DNA of 64,000 nucleotides from Cyanobacteria bacterium P01_A01_bin.123 (GCA_039815185.1 JBCBZT010000003.1:32001-96000), one strand, 5' to 3'; positions 10,699 to 22,671 are shown, counted from the stretch's first letter. Numbers and translations are program-made. Notes: generated by a model not told the origin, from the sequence alone.

Positions 10699-11004
10699 TT
10701 AGGTCAACACTGCCTGCAATCGACTGCGAAATTCGCCTTTGGGATGACCGCCTTTGACTTCGCCCAGAATTTTGAAGTCTGCCTCTGGGTTTTCGCAGAC
10801 CAAATAGGTGGGCCAGCCCATGTCTGCTTTGTCGGGGTATTGAGCTAGCAAGATTTTGCGATACTTGCGATAAGTGGCCGTGTCTTGCATCTTGACATCA
10901 ACAAAGTCTAGCCCCAATTCTTGGGCTATTTTTTGGTCGTAGAAAGCCATCTTGTGGCAAATTCCGCAGTCTTCAGAGGAAAATTTAATTACGGTTCGAG
11001 TCAT
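10699..11004 (-). CDS. Small thioredoxin-fold protein
   Basis: KFSSEDCGICHKM CxxC motif, GWPTY cis-Pro loop. Confidence 0.8.
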   Translation of the reverse strand: MTRTVIKFSSEDCGICHKMAFYDQKIAQELGLDFVDVKMQDTATYRKYRKILLAQYPDKADMGWPTYLVCENPEADFKILGEVKGGHPKGEFRSRLQAVLT

Positions 11005-11052
11005 GGCGCTGGGGAAGTAAGGGGCTCTAAAGCCAGTTTAGCGAGCCGCGTT

Positions 11053-13356
11053 TTATTCCATGACCAACTTTTGCAACATTGGCAACGCCGGACAGGGAGG
11101 CATGTCTTGTAAATTGTCGGGTTTTTGCCAGCTAAAGGGGGCTTGGGTCGCTGCCGCCATCCACAACAGGCGTTTGGCACGGGTCATGGCCACATAAAGC
11201 AGGCGATATTCTTCTGCTTCTTTGAGATAGGCAGCTTGTTGCCAAGCCTCGATTACGGTAGGGATGGGTGCTTGTTTTTGCTCAGCGTGGGTGTGGGCAC
11301 GGATTTGGGCGCGGGCCACTTCTGCCAGGGTAAAGTCGCCGAGAAAAGCCCCTTGGGGAGGCACCCAGAGGTTTCCAGGGATGGTACGGCTTTGCAAAAA
11401 CGGTAGAAACACGACGTCCCAATCCAGCCCTTTGGCTTTGTGCATGGTCAAGATCGTCAGCTGACCTTTGCGGGTGTAGATGGCTTCTGCATCTTCGGTG
11501 TCGATGCCTTCAAATCGTTCTGAACTCGCGATTTCGCTCAAGATCTGAATCATGGTGCTGAGGCGGCTGTCTTCTGCGGTCTGTTGGGCCACCCGAGCGG
11601 CGAGCTTATCGGCAGTGGCCAGTTCGCTTTGGTTGTAGTGCAGCGTTAGGGCCAAAAACGGCATCAGATGATAGGGTGGCAGGGCCAGACGAGCCCTGAG
11701 AATCTTGCAGCAGAATGCTTGGGCTTGGCGGGCGGGTTCAGTGGTCGGCAGATCGTCAAGGGGGCCGGGGTAGAGAAAGGTTTCGGGTTGTATGACTAGG
11801 GTATTGAGATCTTGGCTGGGGATGCGTTGGCGATCGACCAAAACCTTGAGTGCTGCTTTGAGATAGTCGGGGGAGTGGGGTCGCTCGATGAATTGCAGCA
11901 GCGTCAGCATCTCTGTGGGGATGTGGGACTGGCGATCGCGATCGCCCACATCAAACAGTCTGATCCCCATTTTTTCTAAATCCACCCCAGCCCGATCTGG
12001 ATCTTGCAGCAACCGACTGATGAAGCGGCCCTGGCGATTTTCGCGCACCAATATAGCAGCACTAGTGTCAGGGCGCTGCTGCAAAATAGTTTGCAGTCGC
12101 TGGGCGATTAGCTGTCCGGTGTGATGAATATCGGGGGGGATCACAACTTCTAATCCTTGCCCTAAAGCTGGCGGATTGGCATTGGGCTGGGGATCCTGGG
12201 GGCCAACGGCGGTAATGGCCTGGGGGCGAAAGGGTTTTTCTACCTGGGCCGCATAGGTTTGGTTGACCCAGTCCAGCACCGTATTGGCTGCCGTCATAAT
12301 GATTGCCGTGCTGCGCCCAGCTTGATCGATAGTGGCCAGCCGCTGCTGTTGCCGACAGGCTTCACAAAACTGATTGAAAAACACCGGATCGGCGGGGGTA
12401 AAGGTGGAGTTAATTGCCTGGTTGGGGTCTCCCACCCGCACTAGGTTGGGCGTCTGTTCTGGGCGATCGGGATCGCGGGCCAAAATGTCGAGCAGTTGGG
12501 TTTGCAGAGGTGAGGAGTCCTGGGCTTCGTCTTCAAAGATGGCAAAGACACGCGACTGCCAAAAGTGCCGGGTAGTGTCGTCCTGCAATGTTCTCAACGA
12601 CGCTAGCACCATGTCGTCATAATCAATCAAGTCTCGACGGGCCAGCAGCGTCTGGTAGCGTTCGTAGAGCCCCGCCGCGATCGCGATCACGTCATAGTCT
12701 TCTACGCCATCGGGCAACCCTTGGGCCAGATTTTCTGCCAGGTGAGCTAAATCCTGGGGTAGCAGCCCCGAGCTTTTGGCTTCATGGATAACGGTATGGG
12801 CCAGAGCGGGCAAAATTTCAGTCCGCAGTACTGACTGCCGCCGTAGGCGTTCTGCCTCTTCGCCATCAAACTGTGCCCCAGCGATCAGGCGTTGATAGCG
12901 TTTGGGATCAGCGGCAATCCACTGTTCTACACTGGCTCGAATCAGGCGATTGCCCTGGGTAGGCGACACCAAAGTCAGCGTCTCCAGATTAAGCCCAGAT
13001 AGTTCTGGGTTACGGCTGGCCACATTCAACGCCAGCCCGTGCAGAGTGGAGACCCAAAAGCTATTTTGCGGCAGTCCTAGCTCCTTCAAGTGATAACGAA
13101 CTTTGGCTTTGAGGTTGGCGGCGGCTGAACGCGTAAAGGTGACCAATACCAGTTGACGGCGGGCGTGGAGTTGGTGCTGGGCAATCGCGATCGCGGCGGC
13201 GGCAGCCATTCCCGTCGATTTACCCGAACCCGGCACTGCCGATACGGCCAAAGCTCCCCCCTGCCAATCAGCCAACCGCTGCTGTCCCGATCGCAGGCGA
13301 TCGCGTAGCGCCGTCAGTGGTGGAGTCAGGATTGCCATGGTGGGTGGGGTTGCCAT
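11053..13356 (-). CDS. UvrD/REP-family ATP-dependent helicase
   Basis: AVPGSGKS, TFTRSAA, DEAQDS, VGDPNQAI, TMHKAKGLDWD, LYVAMTRAK. Confidence 0.92.
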   Translation of the reverse strand: MATPPTMAILTPPLTALRDRLRSGQQRLADWQGGALAVSAVPGSGKSTGMAAAAAIAIAQHQLHARRQLVLVTFTRSAAANLKAKVRYHLKELGLPQNSFWVSTLHGLALNVASRNPELSGLNLETLTLVSPTQGNRLIRASVEQWIAADPKRYQRLIAGAQFDGEEAERLRRQSVLRTEILPALAHTVIHEAKSSGLLPQDLAHLAENLAQGLPDGVEDYDVIAIAAGLYERYQTLLARRDLIDYDDMVLASLRTLQDDTTRHFWQSRVFAIFEDEAQDSSPLQTQLLDILARDPDRPEQTPNLVRVGDPNQAINSTFTPADPVFFNQFCEACRQQQRLATIDQAGRSTAIIMTAANTVLDWVNQTYAAQVEKPFRPQAITAVGPQDPQPNANPPALGQGLEVVIPPDIHHTGQLIAQRLQTILQQRPDTSAAILVRENRQGRFISRLLQDPDRAGVDLEKMGIRLFDVGDRDRQSHIPTEMLTLLQFIERPHSPDYLKAALKVLVDRQRIPSQDLNTLVIQPETFLYPGPLDDLPTTEPARQAQAFCCKILRARLALPPYHLMPFLALTLHYNQSELATADKLAARVAQQTAEDSRLSTMIQILSEIASSERFEGIDTEDAEAIYTRKGQLTILTMHKAKGLDWDVVFLPFLQSRTIPGNLWVPPQGAFLGDFTLAEVARAQIRAHTHAEQKQAPIPTVIEAWQQAAYLKEAEEYRLLYVAMTRAKRLLWMAAATQAPFSWQKPDNLQDMPPCPALPMLQKLVME

Positions 13357-13685
13357 TGGCTTTATGGTAGCTGGATTCTAAGTTCCGACTCCTGCATTCT
13401 GATTTCTGAATTCCGTCCCTGAAATAACCTACTCCCTTTAGCTCATCACCCCTGAATCATCCGAAGCCTGAAAAAATCGTGATCAGTTAACGGTTTATGG
13501 TCGCCGACCCAGTTACGATTAACCATGACAAAATAAAACTTAAGACTCAATCACGACTGGTTCGCCAGCGCGACTTATCCCTCCTTGGGCTTGACTCAAT
13601 GCATAAGGCTAGATTTGTTTAGGACACCGCAGCCGATTAAAGCCTTGATATAGGGGCGTACAAGCTTGCGCCCTGACCGGGGAAG

Positions 13686-13707
13686 ACTATGGATCTGGAT
13701 GTGGACG
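13686..13707 (+). repeat. Dispersed repeat, partial copy C
   Basis: 22-bp ACTATGGATCTGGATGTGGACG, identical to the 3' part of copy B. Confidence 0.8.
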
Positions 13708-13735
13708 GGGTTTAAAATTGATTTAAGACAGGAGT

Positions 13736-14830
13736 GTGGGCGTGCCCAAATTAGCAAAACATTTACTCATCGGCTCTACTGAATCCTACAGTGGCAAATC
13801 GGCCGTTATTTTAGGTATCGCCTTTCAACTGCAAGCGAGGGGGGTACCAATTGCTTACGGTAAACCCTTAGGAACCTGTCTAAGTGAACATCCAGAAGAT
13901 GCGGTGGACGAAGATGTCCGCTTTTTGGCGAGCACGTTAGACTTACCCGCTGATCGCATCCGCAATACCTTGGTGACCCTAGCCCCGGCTATGGTTCAAA
14001 GTCAGTTGGCCCAAGGGGGTGACTTTGACTCCAATGGTTCCTTGACGCAGTATCTGGAACCGGTTCCTGGTGCCGATTTAACTCTGCTAGAAGGGCCTGG
14101 CACCCTAGAAGAAGGGACGTTATTTAACCTATCTCTGCCCCAACTTGCTAATTTCCTGGATGCGCCAGTGGTATTGGTTGCTCGTTATCATAGCCCTCTG
14201 ATTGTAGATAGTTTGGTGTCGGCAAAGCAGCGATTGGGCGATCGCCTGTTGGGTGTTGTGATCAATGACGCGCCTGAAATCTCCGCTGATGAAATCGCAT
14301 CGATGGTTACCCCTTACCTGGCGAAACACCAAATTCCGGTGCTGGGCGTGTTGCCCCAAACGCCACTGATGCGCAGTATTAGCGTGGGCGAACTGGTAGG
14401 GCGATTAAAAGCTGAGGTGTTGTGTTGCGAAGATCGGCTTGACCTGATGGTTGAAAGTTTGACCATTGGGGCGATGAACGTCAACTCTGCCCTGAAGTAT
14501 TTTCGCAAAGCGACCAACATGGCGGTGGTCACTGGGGGCGATCGCACTGACATTCAGCTCGCCGCATTGGAAACCTCGACCCAGTGCTTAATTCTCACGG
14601 GGCATTTGCCCCCTTCGCCCCAGGTGTTGAGTCGGGCGGCTGATCTAGAAATCCCCATGCTGTCGGTTGATCTCGACACGCTGACCACGGTTGAAATTAT
14701 TGATCAAACCTTTGGTCAGGTGCGGTTCCATGAACCGGTTAAGGTTGAGTGTCTGCGTCATTTAATGGATACTCACTTTGATGTCACGGGTCTGATGGGG
14801 CAGTTGGGCTTGTCCCCTGTGAGTGCCTAG
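13736..14830 (+). CDS. Phosphotransacetylase-family protein (BioD-like N-terminus + DRTGG)
   Basis: STESYSGKS, LLEG, VVTGGDRTDIQLAALE. Confidence 0.88.
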   Translation: MGVPKLAKHLLIGSTESYSGKSAVILGIAFQLQARGVPIAYGKPLGTCLSEHPEDAVDEDVRFLASTLDLPADRIRNTLVTLAPAMVQSQLAQGGDFDSNGSLTQYLEPVPGADLTLLEGPGTLEEGTLFNLSLPQLANFLDAPVVLVARYHSPLIVDSLVSAKQRLGDRLLGVVINDAPEISADEIASMVTPYLAKHQIPVLGVLPQTPLMRSISVGELVGRLKAEVLCCEDRLDLMVESLTIGAMNVNSALKYFRKATNMAVVTGGDRTDIQLAALETSTQCLILTGHLPPSPQVLSRAADLEIPMLSVDLDTLTTVEIIDQTFGQVRFHEPVKVECLRHLMDTHFDVTGLMGQLGLSPVSA

Positions 14831-14896
14831 CTGTGCGTTGTCATTAGGTCTGATACAATGGGCGCGTTCGTCTTAGTCCATAGTGTGTAGCATCTT

Positions 14897-15412
14897 TTGA
14901 GCCAACCTATCGAAGCCTCGGTTGATTCCCCTAAAGTTGATGTCTTTATGCAAGAGCTAGCTGCGCTTCAGCAGTCTGGTTCTAAGCGGATCGCGATTTT
15001 AGGATCTCGTCACGTACCCATTACCCATCAGCGATTGATTGAGCTGCTGACCTATGCCCTAGCGCTGGGGGGCAACCGCATCTTAACGTCAGGGGCAACG
15101 GGGACGAATTCAGCAGCCATTCGGGGGGCGATGAAGGCCGACCCCAGCTTGCTGACGGTGATCTTGCCCCAGAGTTTGTCTCGCCAACCCCGAGAATCGC
15201 GGGATCAGTTAGAGCAGGTGATGCATTTAGTGGAAAATGCCCACAATGACAGCTTATCTTTGGCGGAAGCCAGCGCGATTTGCAACCAAGAGATTATCTC
15301 TCGCTGTCAGCAGTTAATTTGCTTCGCGTTTCACGATAGCAATACGCTGCTGAAAACCTGCGAAGATGCAGAAGACCAGCGAAAATTAGTCACGCGCTTT
15401 TATTTTGATTAA
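14897..15412 (+). CDS. Short DprA/Smf-like (SLOG-fold) protein
   Basis: IAILGSRH, TSGATGTNSAAIRG Rossmann-like motifs; conserved cyanobacterial gene order. Confidence 0.75.
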   Translation: MSQPIEASVDSPKVDVFMQELAALQQSGSKRIAILGSRHVPITHQRLIELLTYALALGGNRILTSGATGTNSAAIRGAMKADPSLLTVILPQSLSRQPRESRDQLEQVMHLVENAHNDSLSLAEASAICNQEIISRCQQLICFAFHDSNTLLKTCEDAEDQRKLVTRFYFD

Positions 15413-15420
15413 TTTTAGGT

Positions 15421-15855
15421 ATGGCATTTATTAACCAGTTTGTCAGCGAACAATCTGTGCCAGGGCTTTTTTTAGTGGCGATCGCGATCGCAGCTATTTT
15501 GGTCTATGTGCCCTTTGGGGTGGTTGGGTATGGGCGGCTGGTGGTGGGTTATGACAGCACCCAGCCCCGAGCTCTGTTCGACAAGCTGCCTCCCTATGCT
15601 CAACGAGCAACCTGGGCGCACGAAAATGGATTTGAGTCGTTAGCGTTTTTTGCGCCAGCAGCGTTGATGGCTTATGTAACCGGGCAAAGTTCAACGGTGG
15701 CGTTGGGGGCTGCGATCGCCTATTTGATCGCCCGCTTGCTGTATCCCCTGTTTTATATTTTGAATATTCCAACGCTGCGATCGCTGATGTTTGGTGTTGC
15801 TAATATCGGGGTATTCACGTTGTTTTTCTTGAGCTGTCGTACCGCGTTGTTTTAG
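15421..15855 (+). CDS. MAPEG family membrane protein
   Basis: AQRATWAHENGFE, ARLLYPLFY..RSL. Confidence 0.88.
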   Translation: MAFINQFVSEQSVPGLFLVAIAIAAILVYVPFGVVGYGRLVVGYDSTQPRALFDKLPPYAQRATWAHENGFESLAFFAPAALMAYVTGQSSTVALGAAIAYLIARLLYPLFYILNIPTLRSLMFGVANIGVFTLFFLSCRTALF

Positions 15856-15874
15856 CGCATTTTGGGGTTGACCT

Positions 15875-16366
15875 ATGGCTTCTTCCTATTCTTTTGACGT
15901 TGTTAGTGACTTTGATCGACAGGAGTTGGTGAATACTCTCGATCAAGTACGGCGAGAAATTATTAGCCGCTACGATCTCAAAGACACGAAAACCGAGGTG
16001 GAATTGGGTGAAGATGTGATCACCATTGAAACCAACAGTGAGATGACACTGCAGGCGGTACATACGGTGTTGCAAACGAAAGCGGCAAAACGAAATTTGT
16101 CGTTGAAGATCTTTGACTTTGGCAAAATCGAATCGGCCAGCGGCACTCGCGTGCGTCAGGAAGTCAAATTGCAGAAGGGCATTAGCCAGGATATCTCTAA
16201 GAAAATCACCAAGCTGATTCGCGACAATCTGAAGAAGGTGCAAGCTTCGATTCAGGGAGATGCGGTGCGGGTTTCGAGCAAATCGAAAGATGATCTGCAA
16301 GTTGCGATGCAGGTGATTAAGCAGGAGGAATGGCCTGTGGCGATTCAGTTTACGAATTATCGTTAG
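15875..16366 (+). CDS. yajQ: YajQ family nucleotide/c-di-GMP-binding protein
   Basis: [22 protein letters not shown]...QFTNYR. Confidence 0.95.
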   Translation: MASSYSFDVVSDFDRQELVNTLDQVRREIISRYDLKDTKTEVELGEDVITIETNSEMTLQAVHTVLQTKAAKRNLSLKIFDFGKIESASGTRVRQEVKLQKGISQDISKKITKLIRDNLKKVQASIQGDAVRVSSKSKDDLQVAMQVIKQEEWPVAIQFTNYR

Positions 16367-16773
16367 GGTAGATCTAGGCTATAAACGAGCAGTAATGCGA
16401 AACAACTGGTGTATGTGGCGGCGCTTTTGAGCTTGTGATCGTTGAGCAGACTGCTTTTAATGGCTACGACGCGGGGATAGAAGCTATGTTGAAAGTGTTT
16501 CCATCGAGCATCGCGATTTGTTCCCAGTGGGTAACAAGCAGAGGCATTCGCGCGCGTTAATCACTAAAGGAATATCAAACTGAAACAAAAGCATCTAAAG
16601 TCGCTAGGAGAATTACTTTGTTTGCGAGCCAAGGTGCTCCCACAGTCAAGTCTTATCAAAAGCCCACTCTACAAATTCCTCAATTAAAACTACCGAACTA
16701 ACGGTCACCTAATGATCTGATGGCTATGGAGTAGCTCGCTCTAAACAAATTCCTAACAAGAACGCTTGAAATC

Positions 16774-17067
16774 ATGAAAACACTTGAGGAAATCAAACAA
16801 TGGTTTGTACAGCATAAATCAGTATTGCAAGAAAACTACAAAGTCAGAGAGCTAGGAATTTTTGGTTCGTACATTCGACAAGAACAGACAGAAACGAGTG
16901 ATATTGACGTGCTGGTAGAATTTTCCGAAACACCAAGCTTGTTGAAGTTTGTCAATTTAGAGAACTATCTCAGCGACAACTTAAGCGTCAAGGTCGATCT
17001 CGTGCATAAAAGTGGTTTAAAACCCCGCATAGGTGAACGGATCTTGTCAGAGGTTGTCTATTTGTGA
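16774..17067 (+). CDS. mntA: MNT minimal nucleotidyltransferase antitoxin
   Basis: [19 protein letters not shown] (GS-x10-DxD), KVDLV. Confidence 0.88.
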   Translation: MKTLEEIKQWFVQHKSVLQENYKVRELGIFGSYIRQEQTETSDIDVLVEFSETPSLLKFVNLENYLSDNLSVKVDLVHKSGLKPRIGERILSEVVYL

Positions 17068-17411
17068 CTAAAAGAAATTCAGAAGATTATTTGAAAGATA
17101 TTTTGGATGCCATTGCTGCCATTGAGAAATTTACGGCAGATGTTGAATTTGGAGCGTTCTCACAGAACCTAGAGAAAGTTTTCGCAGTTTCCAAAGCGAT
17201 TGAGATTATTGGTGAAGCCGTTAAGCGAATACCAGATTCTGTCAGAGGCCAATATCCTGATATTCCTTGGCGAGATATTGCTGGTATGCGGGATAAACTG
17301 ATTCACGATTATTTCAACGCAGATGTAGCCATTATCTGGCAAGCGGTTCAAGAAGATATTCCACAATTACGAGTTATGGTCACTAGGGTTCTGGAAGATT
17401 TGAAACACTAG
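17064..17411 (+). CDS. hepT: HEPN (DUF86) RNase toxin
   Basis: [24 protein letters not shown] (Rx4HxY); overlaps the mntA stop. Confidence 0.88.
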   Translation: MTKRNSEDYLKDILDAIAAIEKFTADVEFGAFSQNLEKVFAVSKAIEIIGEAVKRIPDSVRGQYPDIPWRDIAGMRDKLIHDYFNADVAIIWQAVQEDIPQLRVMVTRVLEDLKH

Positions 17412-20344
17412 GCCATCTGTCGGGCAATCAACTTAGCAAACAATCCCGGCTCCGCCGCTAGCGTCTCAAAATTGCCCTGCTGCACCACATGCCCATTCTC
17501 CAACACATAAATCCGATCGGCATTGCGAATCGTGCTGAGCCGATGGGCTACTACTAAGCGGGTGACCTGCAATTCATCTAAACTCTTGCTGACAATTGCT
17601 TGGGTGCGATTATCCAAGGCGCTGGTGGCTTCGTCTAGCAGCAAGATTCGGGGTTTTAGCGCCAACGCGCGGGCAATAATCAATCGCTGCCGTTGCCCCC
17701 CCGACAAGTTGCCGCCGCCTTCACTAATCACCGTGTGCAGCTTCATCGGCATGGCCTTCAGGTCATCGGCCAATCCCGAGCGCTCCGCTGCAATCCAGGC
17801 GTCTTCTAAAGAAATTAACGCCCCGCCCGCGATGTTTTCAAAGATTGACCCGGCGCTGATGCGACCATTTTGTAGCACGACGCCCAACTGCCGCCGCACT
17901 GCCGACACATCCAAACCCGCTAAATCTTGCCCATCAAAGTAGACTGACCCGGTGATCGGCGTTTCAAACCCCAACAACAATCGAAAAACGGTGGATTTGC
18001 CTGAGCCAGAGGGGCCGACTAGGGCAATGAATTCTCCGGGTTTGGCTTCAATCGAGACCTGATTCAGAATCAATGGACCATCGTCACGGTAGCGAAAACT
18101 CACTTGTTCGACTTTGATATGACCGGTTAGCCGTCCTGGGTCAGCTTTGTCTCGGGTGACTTCAGGCTCTGCAATGAGAATGGGCCGCGATCGCTGCCAC
18201 AGGGGGATCACATCCAGCACTTCTAGCAGGGTGAGGCTGAGGCTAGTAGCCCCCCCGATGAACGTGCCGTAGGCCACGCTAAAGGCGATAAACATGCCTG
18301 CAGTAAAGCCAGAATTGCCATCGCCAATTAACGTACTGGCTAACCAAAATAAAGCCACCGTCGTCAGGGTTGGCATCAGTGTGTTGAACACGCTGACGCC
18401 GTCTTCTAACCGCTGGGTACTGCGCACTAAGCGCAACTGTTGGCTATACTTGTGTCCCCAGTGCGCAAAGGCGCGGGTTTCGGCCCCGGCGACGCGCAGC
18501 TTGGGCACCCCGTTGATTAACTGCACCAGCAACCCGTTGATTTCGCCTTCAAGCTGCATCAGGGGACGGTGCGTGCGAATTAACAAGACCCCGGTCACGG
18601 TAGTCACGGTAATGACAATCAGGGCGACGATCAGCGCCAACACTGCCAAAGATGCACTGTAATAAAACAGCAGACCCAAGTTCAGTAGAGAAAACAGCCC
18701 TACAAATATTGATTGCAGGGTATTGCCGCTCAGCCTGCGGCGAATGGCGCTAATCGCCGACACCCGCGAGTTCAAATCGCCAATGGAGTAGTCTCGGAAA
18801 AAGGCCGTGCGGAGTTGCAGCAATCGGTCCCACACTGCCGCCTGTAGGGTGGCGTCAGAGGCCGTTTCAATGCGCATGGAGGCGATCGCTTGGGCGAGCT
18901 GAAACGCGGTTTGACCAAAGGCTGCGGCCAACAAGCCAATGCCAATTTGCACCAGCAGACTGGCGTTGCCGTAGGGTACGGCTTCATCGATTAGCACTGC
19001 TGTGGCCTGGGGCACCACCATGCCCATGACTGTTGCCGCCACCCCGGTCGCCAGAATGGCGAGCATGTCCTTTTGCCGACCGCGAAAGGCAAACCCCAGT
19101 AGCGTCAAAACGTTCAGTTTGCCGGGGGGGAGCGGCGGATAGAACACGAAGGCGAGGGGATCGAGGGTCTGAGCGATGGCCAGATCGATAGGTACGCGAG
19201 GGGGGCGATCGCCGTTGTTGCCGACCGCTTTGGGATCAAACAGCTCATAGGCCTTAGCACTGACGGGTAACAGGGCTACCGGATGGCGATCGCCCCGGGT
19301 ATAGGCTAAAATTGGCCCCCCGTCTTGGGTCCACCACTGGCCCCGCAGCAGTACGCGTCGCAGCCGCAGTTGAGAGGCCCGCGCGATCGCTTCCAAAGGC
19401 TCTTTCAAGCGTTCTAAGTTTTCAGACCGGGCCGGGGGTTCGATGGTGACCCCCATAGCTCGACCCACAGCCCCTGCCGCCATCAACAATGGCCCATCTT
19501 CGGCGCGAAATGGCAAGTCATCGGCCTGTAAGACTGCGGCCAAATCCTGCACTGTAGTTTGGGTGGCTTGCTGATCTAGCTCCTGTCTGGCCTCAAACCG
19601 TCGCCGCTCTACCTCAGTGGCTTTGGCTTCGAGTTGGATCAGCTGCTGCAAGAAATACCGATGGAACTGGGCCACCCCTTTGATCAAAATTTTGCGGTTT
19701 TTGACCTCAAAGGTATTGCGGGCGTAAAACTCAATGTCGTCTTCGGCTTGAAAAAAGGCGCGATCGCCCACTGGAAAACACCCCAACTCCGACGTCATCG
19801 AAAACTGGGCATCTCCCATCCACTGTGCCTGACCCTGCTGCATCCGAATCCACAGCACTTGGTGATGATCGGGACGACAGCTTTGTCCCGGTAGCAGCGA
19901 CAAATAGTGGATGTCTGGTACAATCGCATCCGTTTTCACCGCTTTGGGAAACTGTGGCCAGCCCTCGACCTGATTGAACCGCTGCAGCCAATCATCAACG
20001 AGTTGCTTCAGGGTATTGAGATCAGGGTCAGCCCCCTCTTCTAACGAAAGCGGACGATAAACAATCTCCGTTGGTTCTAGCGGCACCGCCATCAATCCGC
20101 CAAACGCTGCCTTTGAACCAGATGGCTGGCACTGTTCTTCCACGCCGAATAAGGCGTCACCCGTGTCAACCGTGAACAAATACCGCCGCGCTCCAACGGG
20201 TTGACCGTCTGCCATCGGTGTTGCAAAGACCGCCAGTGACCCTGAGACAATCTGCCACATGGCCTGGGGATGATTCAGTACCAATGGCTGGTGGGCCTGG
20301 ATTTTGAACTGTTGGATGGTTTCGGTGGCTAGGGATGGGGTCAT
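17408..20344 (-). CDS. NHLP/bacteriocin export ABC transporter, permease/ATPase subunit
   Basis: cNMP-like N-terminus, inactive peptidase-like region (WWTQDGGP), [20 protein letters not shown]. Confidence 0.92.
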   Translation of the reverse strand: MTPSLATETIQQFKIQAHQPLVLNHPQAMWQIVSGSLAVFATPMADGQPVGARRYLFTVDTGDALFGVEEQCQPSGSKAAFGGLMAVPLEPTEIVYRPLSLEEGADPDLNTLKQLVDDWLQRFNQVEGWPQFPKAVKTDAIVPDIHYLSLLPGQSCRPDHHQVLWIRMQQGQAQWMGDAQFSMTSELGCFPVGDRAFFQAEDDIEFYARNTFEVKNRKILIKGVAQFHRYFLQQLIQLEAKATEVERRRFEARQELDQQATQTTVQDLAAVLQADDLPFRAEDGPLLMAAGAVGRAMGVTIEPPARSENLERLKEPLEAIARASQLRLRRVLLRGQWWTQDGGPILAYTRGDRHPVALLPVSAKAYELFDPKAVGNNGDRPPRVPIDLAIAQTLDPLAFVFYPPLPPGKLNVLTLLGFAFRGRQKDMLAILATGVAATVMGMVVPQATAVLIDEAVPYGNASLLVQIGIGLLAAAFGQTAFQLAQAIASMRIETASDATLQAAVWDRLLQLRTAFFRDYSIGDLNSRVSAISAIRRRLSGNTLQSIFVGLFSLLNLGLLFYYSASLAVLALIVALIVITVTTVTGVLLIRTHRPLMQLEGEINGLLVQLINGVPKLRVAGAETRAFAHWGHKYSQQLRLVRSTQRLEDGVSVFNTLMPTLTTVALFWLASTLIGDGNSGFTAGMFIAFSVAYGTFIGGATSLSLTLLEVLDVIPLWQRSRPILIAEPEVTRDKADPGRLTGHIKVEQVSFRYRDDGPLILNQVSIEAKPGEFIALVGPSGSGKSTVFRLLLGFETPITGSVYFDGQDLAGLDVSAVRRQLGVVLQNGRISAGSIFENIAGGALISLEDAWIAAERSGLADDLKAMPMKLHTVISEGGGNLSGGQRQRLIIARALALKPRILLLDEATSALDNRTQAIVSKSLDELQVTRLVVAHRLSTIRNADRIYVLENGHVVQQGNFETLAAEPGLFAKLIARQMA

Positions 20345-22671
20345 GCTTGCGCCTCCTGCAAAGAACCGCCTTCACTGCGAATCAGTTGGGCATAGGCACC
20401 GGGTTGTTGCCATAGATCATCATGGGTGCCGCGTTGCACCACCTTGCCATACTCCAAGACGATAATTTCGTCGCAGTCGCGGATAGTGCTGAGGCGGTGG
20501 GCCACGATTAAACACGTACATCCCCGTCGCCGCAGATTTTGGTCAATCACTTTTTCGGTTTCGGTGTCTAGGGCGCTGGTGGCTTCATCCATGATTAAGA
20601 TGCTGGGGGTATTCACCAGCGATCGCGCGATTTCCAATCGCTGCCGTTGACCGCCACTCAGGTTGGTTGCTCCCTCCAACAGCGGCGCATCGTAGCCCCC
20701 CGGCATGGCTAAAATCACATCTTCAATCAGAGCATCCTGACAGGCCCGCCGCACCCGATCCTCTGGAATGGTGGTATCCCACAGGGTCAAATTGTCGCGC
20801 ACCGTCCCCTCAAACATCAAAATATCCTGTTCTACCACCGCCAGCGAATTGGTTATTACTGCCCGCGGAATTTGCTGACGCGGGATGCCGTCAAACAAAA
20901 TTTCCCCCGACCAAGCCGGGTACAGCCCTGCCACTACCTTCGCCAGCGTCGATTTACCTGAACCGCTACCGCCCACCAACGCCACCCGTTGTCCCGGACG
21001 AATCGACAAATTAAAATCTTCAATCAGCGGTGCATCCAGCGGGCTATAGCCGTAGTTGATATGGCGCAACTCAATTGCCCCCGCCAACTTCGGTGATGCG
21101 AATTGGATTAGCGCAGGTTCAGCCACACCATTTCTGTCTGCGTGCCGTCCATTACCATTCGCCGATGGGCTGGCTGTTCCCCCCTGATCCTTTTCCTGTG
21201 GAGCGCCGCGATTAATCGCGTCGCTCCGATGTTGTTCTCCCAAATCATCCACCGGATTTTCCAACACGTCATCCAATCGGCGCAGATTACCTTGCAGGTT
21301 TTGTAGCGTACCGCCAAAGCGCACGAGGCGATTCACCGGGCCTTGAAAGCTGCCCATCAGCAACTGAAAGGCCACTAACATGCCGATCGTGAGACTGCCG
21401 TTGATCACGCGCCAACCGCCAATCACCAGCAGCGAAAGGGACATCAGTGCCGTTAAAAGTGACGGTAAAATCCCCATTAGACGGTTGATCAACCCCAGCG
21501 ACTGTTGAGCGTTGACGGCTTTGGTATAGTAGCCTGCCCAACGACCAAAAAAATCTGATTCTAGCCCCGACGCCTTTAAGGTTTCCATGCTTTGTAGACC
21601 CGAAATGGCCACCCCAGACACCTTGCCGTACTCTTGGGCCAAACGCAGGTTGGCATCAACCCGCTGCCGCGAAACCCACTGCAACGTCGCCACATTTACC
21701 CCAGCAAAGGTAATCACGATCAACGTCAGCAGCCAGTCGTACTGGGCCATGGCGATCGCATAAAAAACGACCATCACACTGCTAATCATGGTGCGGGTCA
21801 ATCGCCCTGACAGCACATCCGCAACGTCGTCATTGAGCCCCACCCGACTGCTAATTTCCCCAGCAAAGCGTTGGGCATAAAAGGTCACGGGCAACCGCAG
21901 GACATGCCACACAAAGCGACTGGCCATACCCACGGCAAGTTTGATTTTGAGCGCCCGCAGATAGCGCAGCTGCAGCAGCGTCAATAAGGCTTGCAGGACA
22001 ACGGTAACCAACAACCCCAGCAGGATGTAAGGCAACCAGTCGAGGCGGGCTTCGAGCAAAATGCGATCGATAAAAATTTGGGTAAAGGCGGGCATCACCA
22101 AATTGGGGAACACCAGCAAAAAACCAGCCAGCACGCAAAACAATAGTGCGCCAGTTGACCCCTTGAGCCGCTGTGTCAAGGACGTCACAACGCTAGTGGT
22201 TTGGCCCCCCTTAGTGAACATTTCCCCCGGTTCAAAGGTGAGGGCGATGCCGGTGTAACCTTCGTCAAACTCGCTGTAGGTGACGCCCCGTGGCCCCACA
22301 GCCGGATCGTTTAAGTAAACGCGATCGCGACCAAATCCCTCCACCACCAAAAAGTGATTGAAGTGCCAAAACACGATAAACGGGGGTGGCAGTTGTTGCA
22401 GCGCGTCTAAGGATTTTTTGAACCCCTTGGCGGCTAAACCGTAGTTACGGGCGGCCTTGAGCACATTAGCGGCGGTTACCCCATCCCGAGAAACACCGCA
22501 AGCCTGGCGCAATTCTGCCAGGGGAACCTGCTTGTCGAAATGTCCTAGGATGCTGCCCAGGGCAGCAGCCCCACATTCAACCGCCTCCATTTGTAGAACG
22601 GTGGGTGTTTTGGCGCGTTTAGGCGATCGCGTTTGGGTTGCTGGTTTTGCTTCAGTCACCATAGGCTCCAC
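20341..22671 (-). CDS. NHLP/bacteriocin export ABC transporter with C39 peptidase
   Basis: LQMEAVECGAA (catalytic Cys), WHFNHFLV (His), NDPA; ABC motifs. Confidence 0.94.
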   Translation of the reverse strand: MEPMVTEAKPATQTRSPKRAKTPTVLQMEAVECGAAALGSILGHFDKQVPLAELRQACGVSRDGVTAANVLKAARNYGLAAKGFKKSLDALQQLPPPFIVFWHFNHFLVVEGFGRDRVYLNDPAVGPRGVTYSEFDEGYTGIALTFEPGEMFTKGGQTTSVVTSLTQRLKGSTGALLFCVLAGFLLVFPNLVMPAFTQIFIDRILLEARLDWLPYILLGLLVTVVLQALLTLLQLRYLRALKIKLAVGMASRFVWHVLRLPVTFYAQRFAGEISSRVGLNDDVADVLSGRLTRTMISSVMVVFYAIAMAQYDWLLTLIVITFAGVNVATLQWVSRQRVDANLRLAQEYGKVSGVAISGLQSMETLKASGLESDFFGRWAGYYTKAVNAQQSLGLINRLMGILPSLLTALMSLSLLVIGGWRVINGSLTIGMLVAFQLLMGSFQGPVNRLVRFGGTLQNLQGNLRRLDDVLENPVDDLGEQHRSDAINRGAPQEKDQGGTASPSANGNGRHADRNGVAEPALIQFASPKLAGAIELRHINYGYSPLDAPLIEDFNLSIRPGQRVALVGGSGSGKSTLAKVVAGLYPAWSGEILFDGIPRQQIPRAVITNSLAVVEQDILMFEGTVRDNLTLWDTTIPEDRVRRACQDALIEDVILAMPGGYDAPLLEGATNLSGGQRQRLEIARSLVNTPSILIMDEATSALDTETEKVIDQNLRRRGCTCLIVAHRLSTIRDCDEIIVLEYGKVVQRGTHDDLWQQPGAYAQLIRSEGGSLQEAQA

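Noticed and set aside
13654..13673. Small hairpin GGGCGTA-CAAGCT-TGCGCCC resembling a REP element
   Set aside because: Single degenerate copy in the window; no RAYT transposase nearby
16367..16773. Possible gene remnant between yajQ and mntA
   Set aside because: Short open stretches give no recognisable protein
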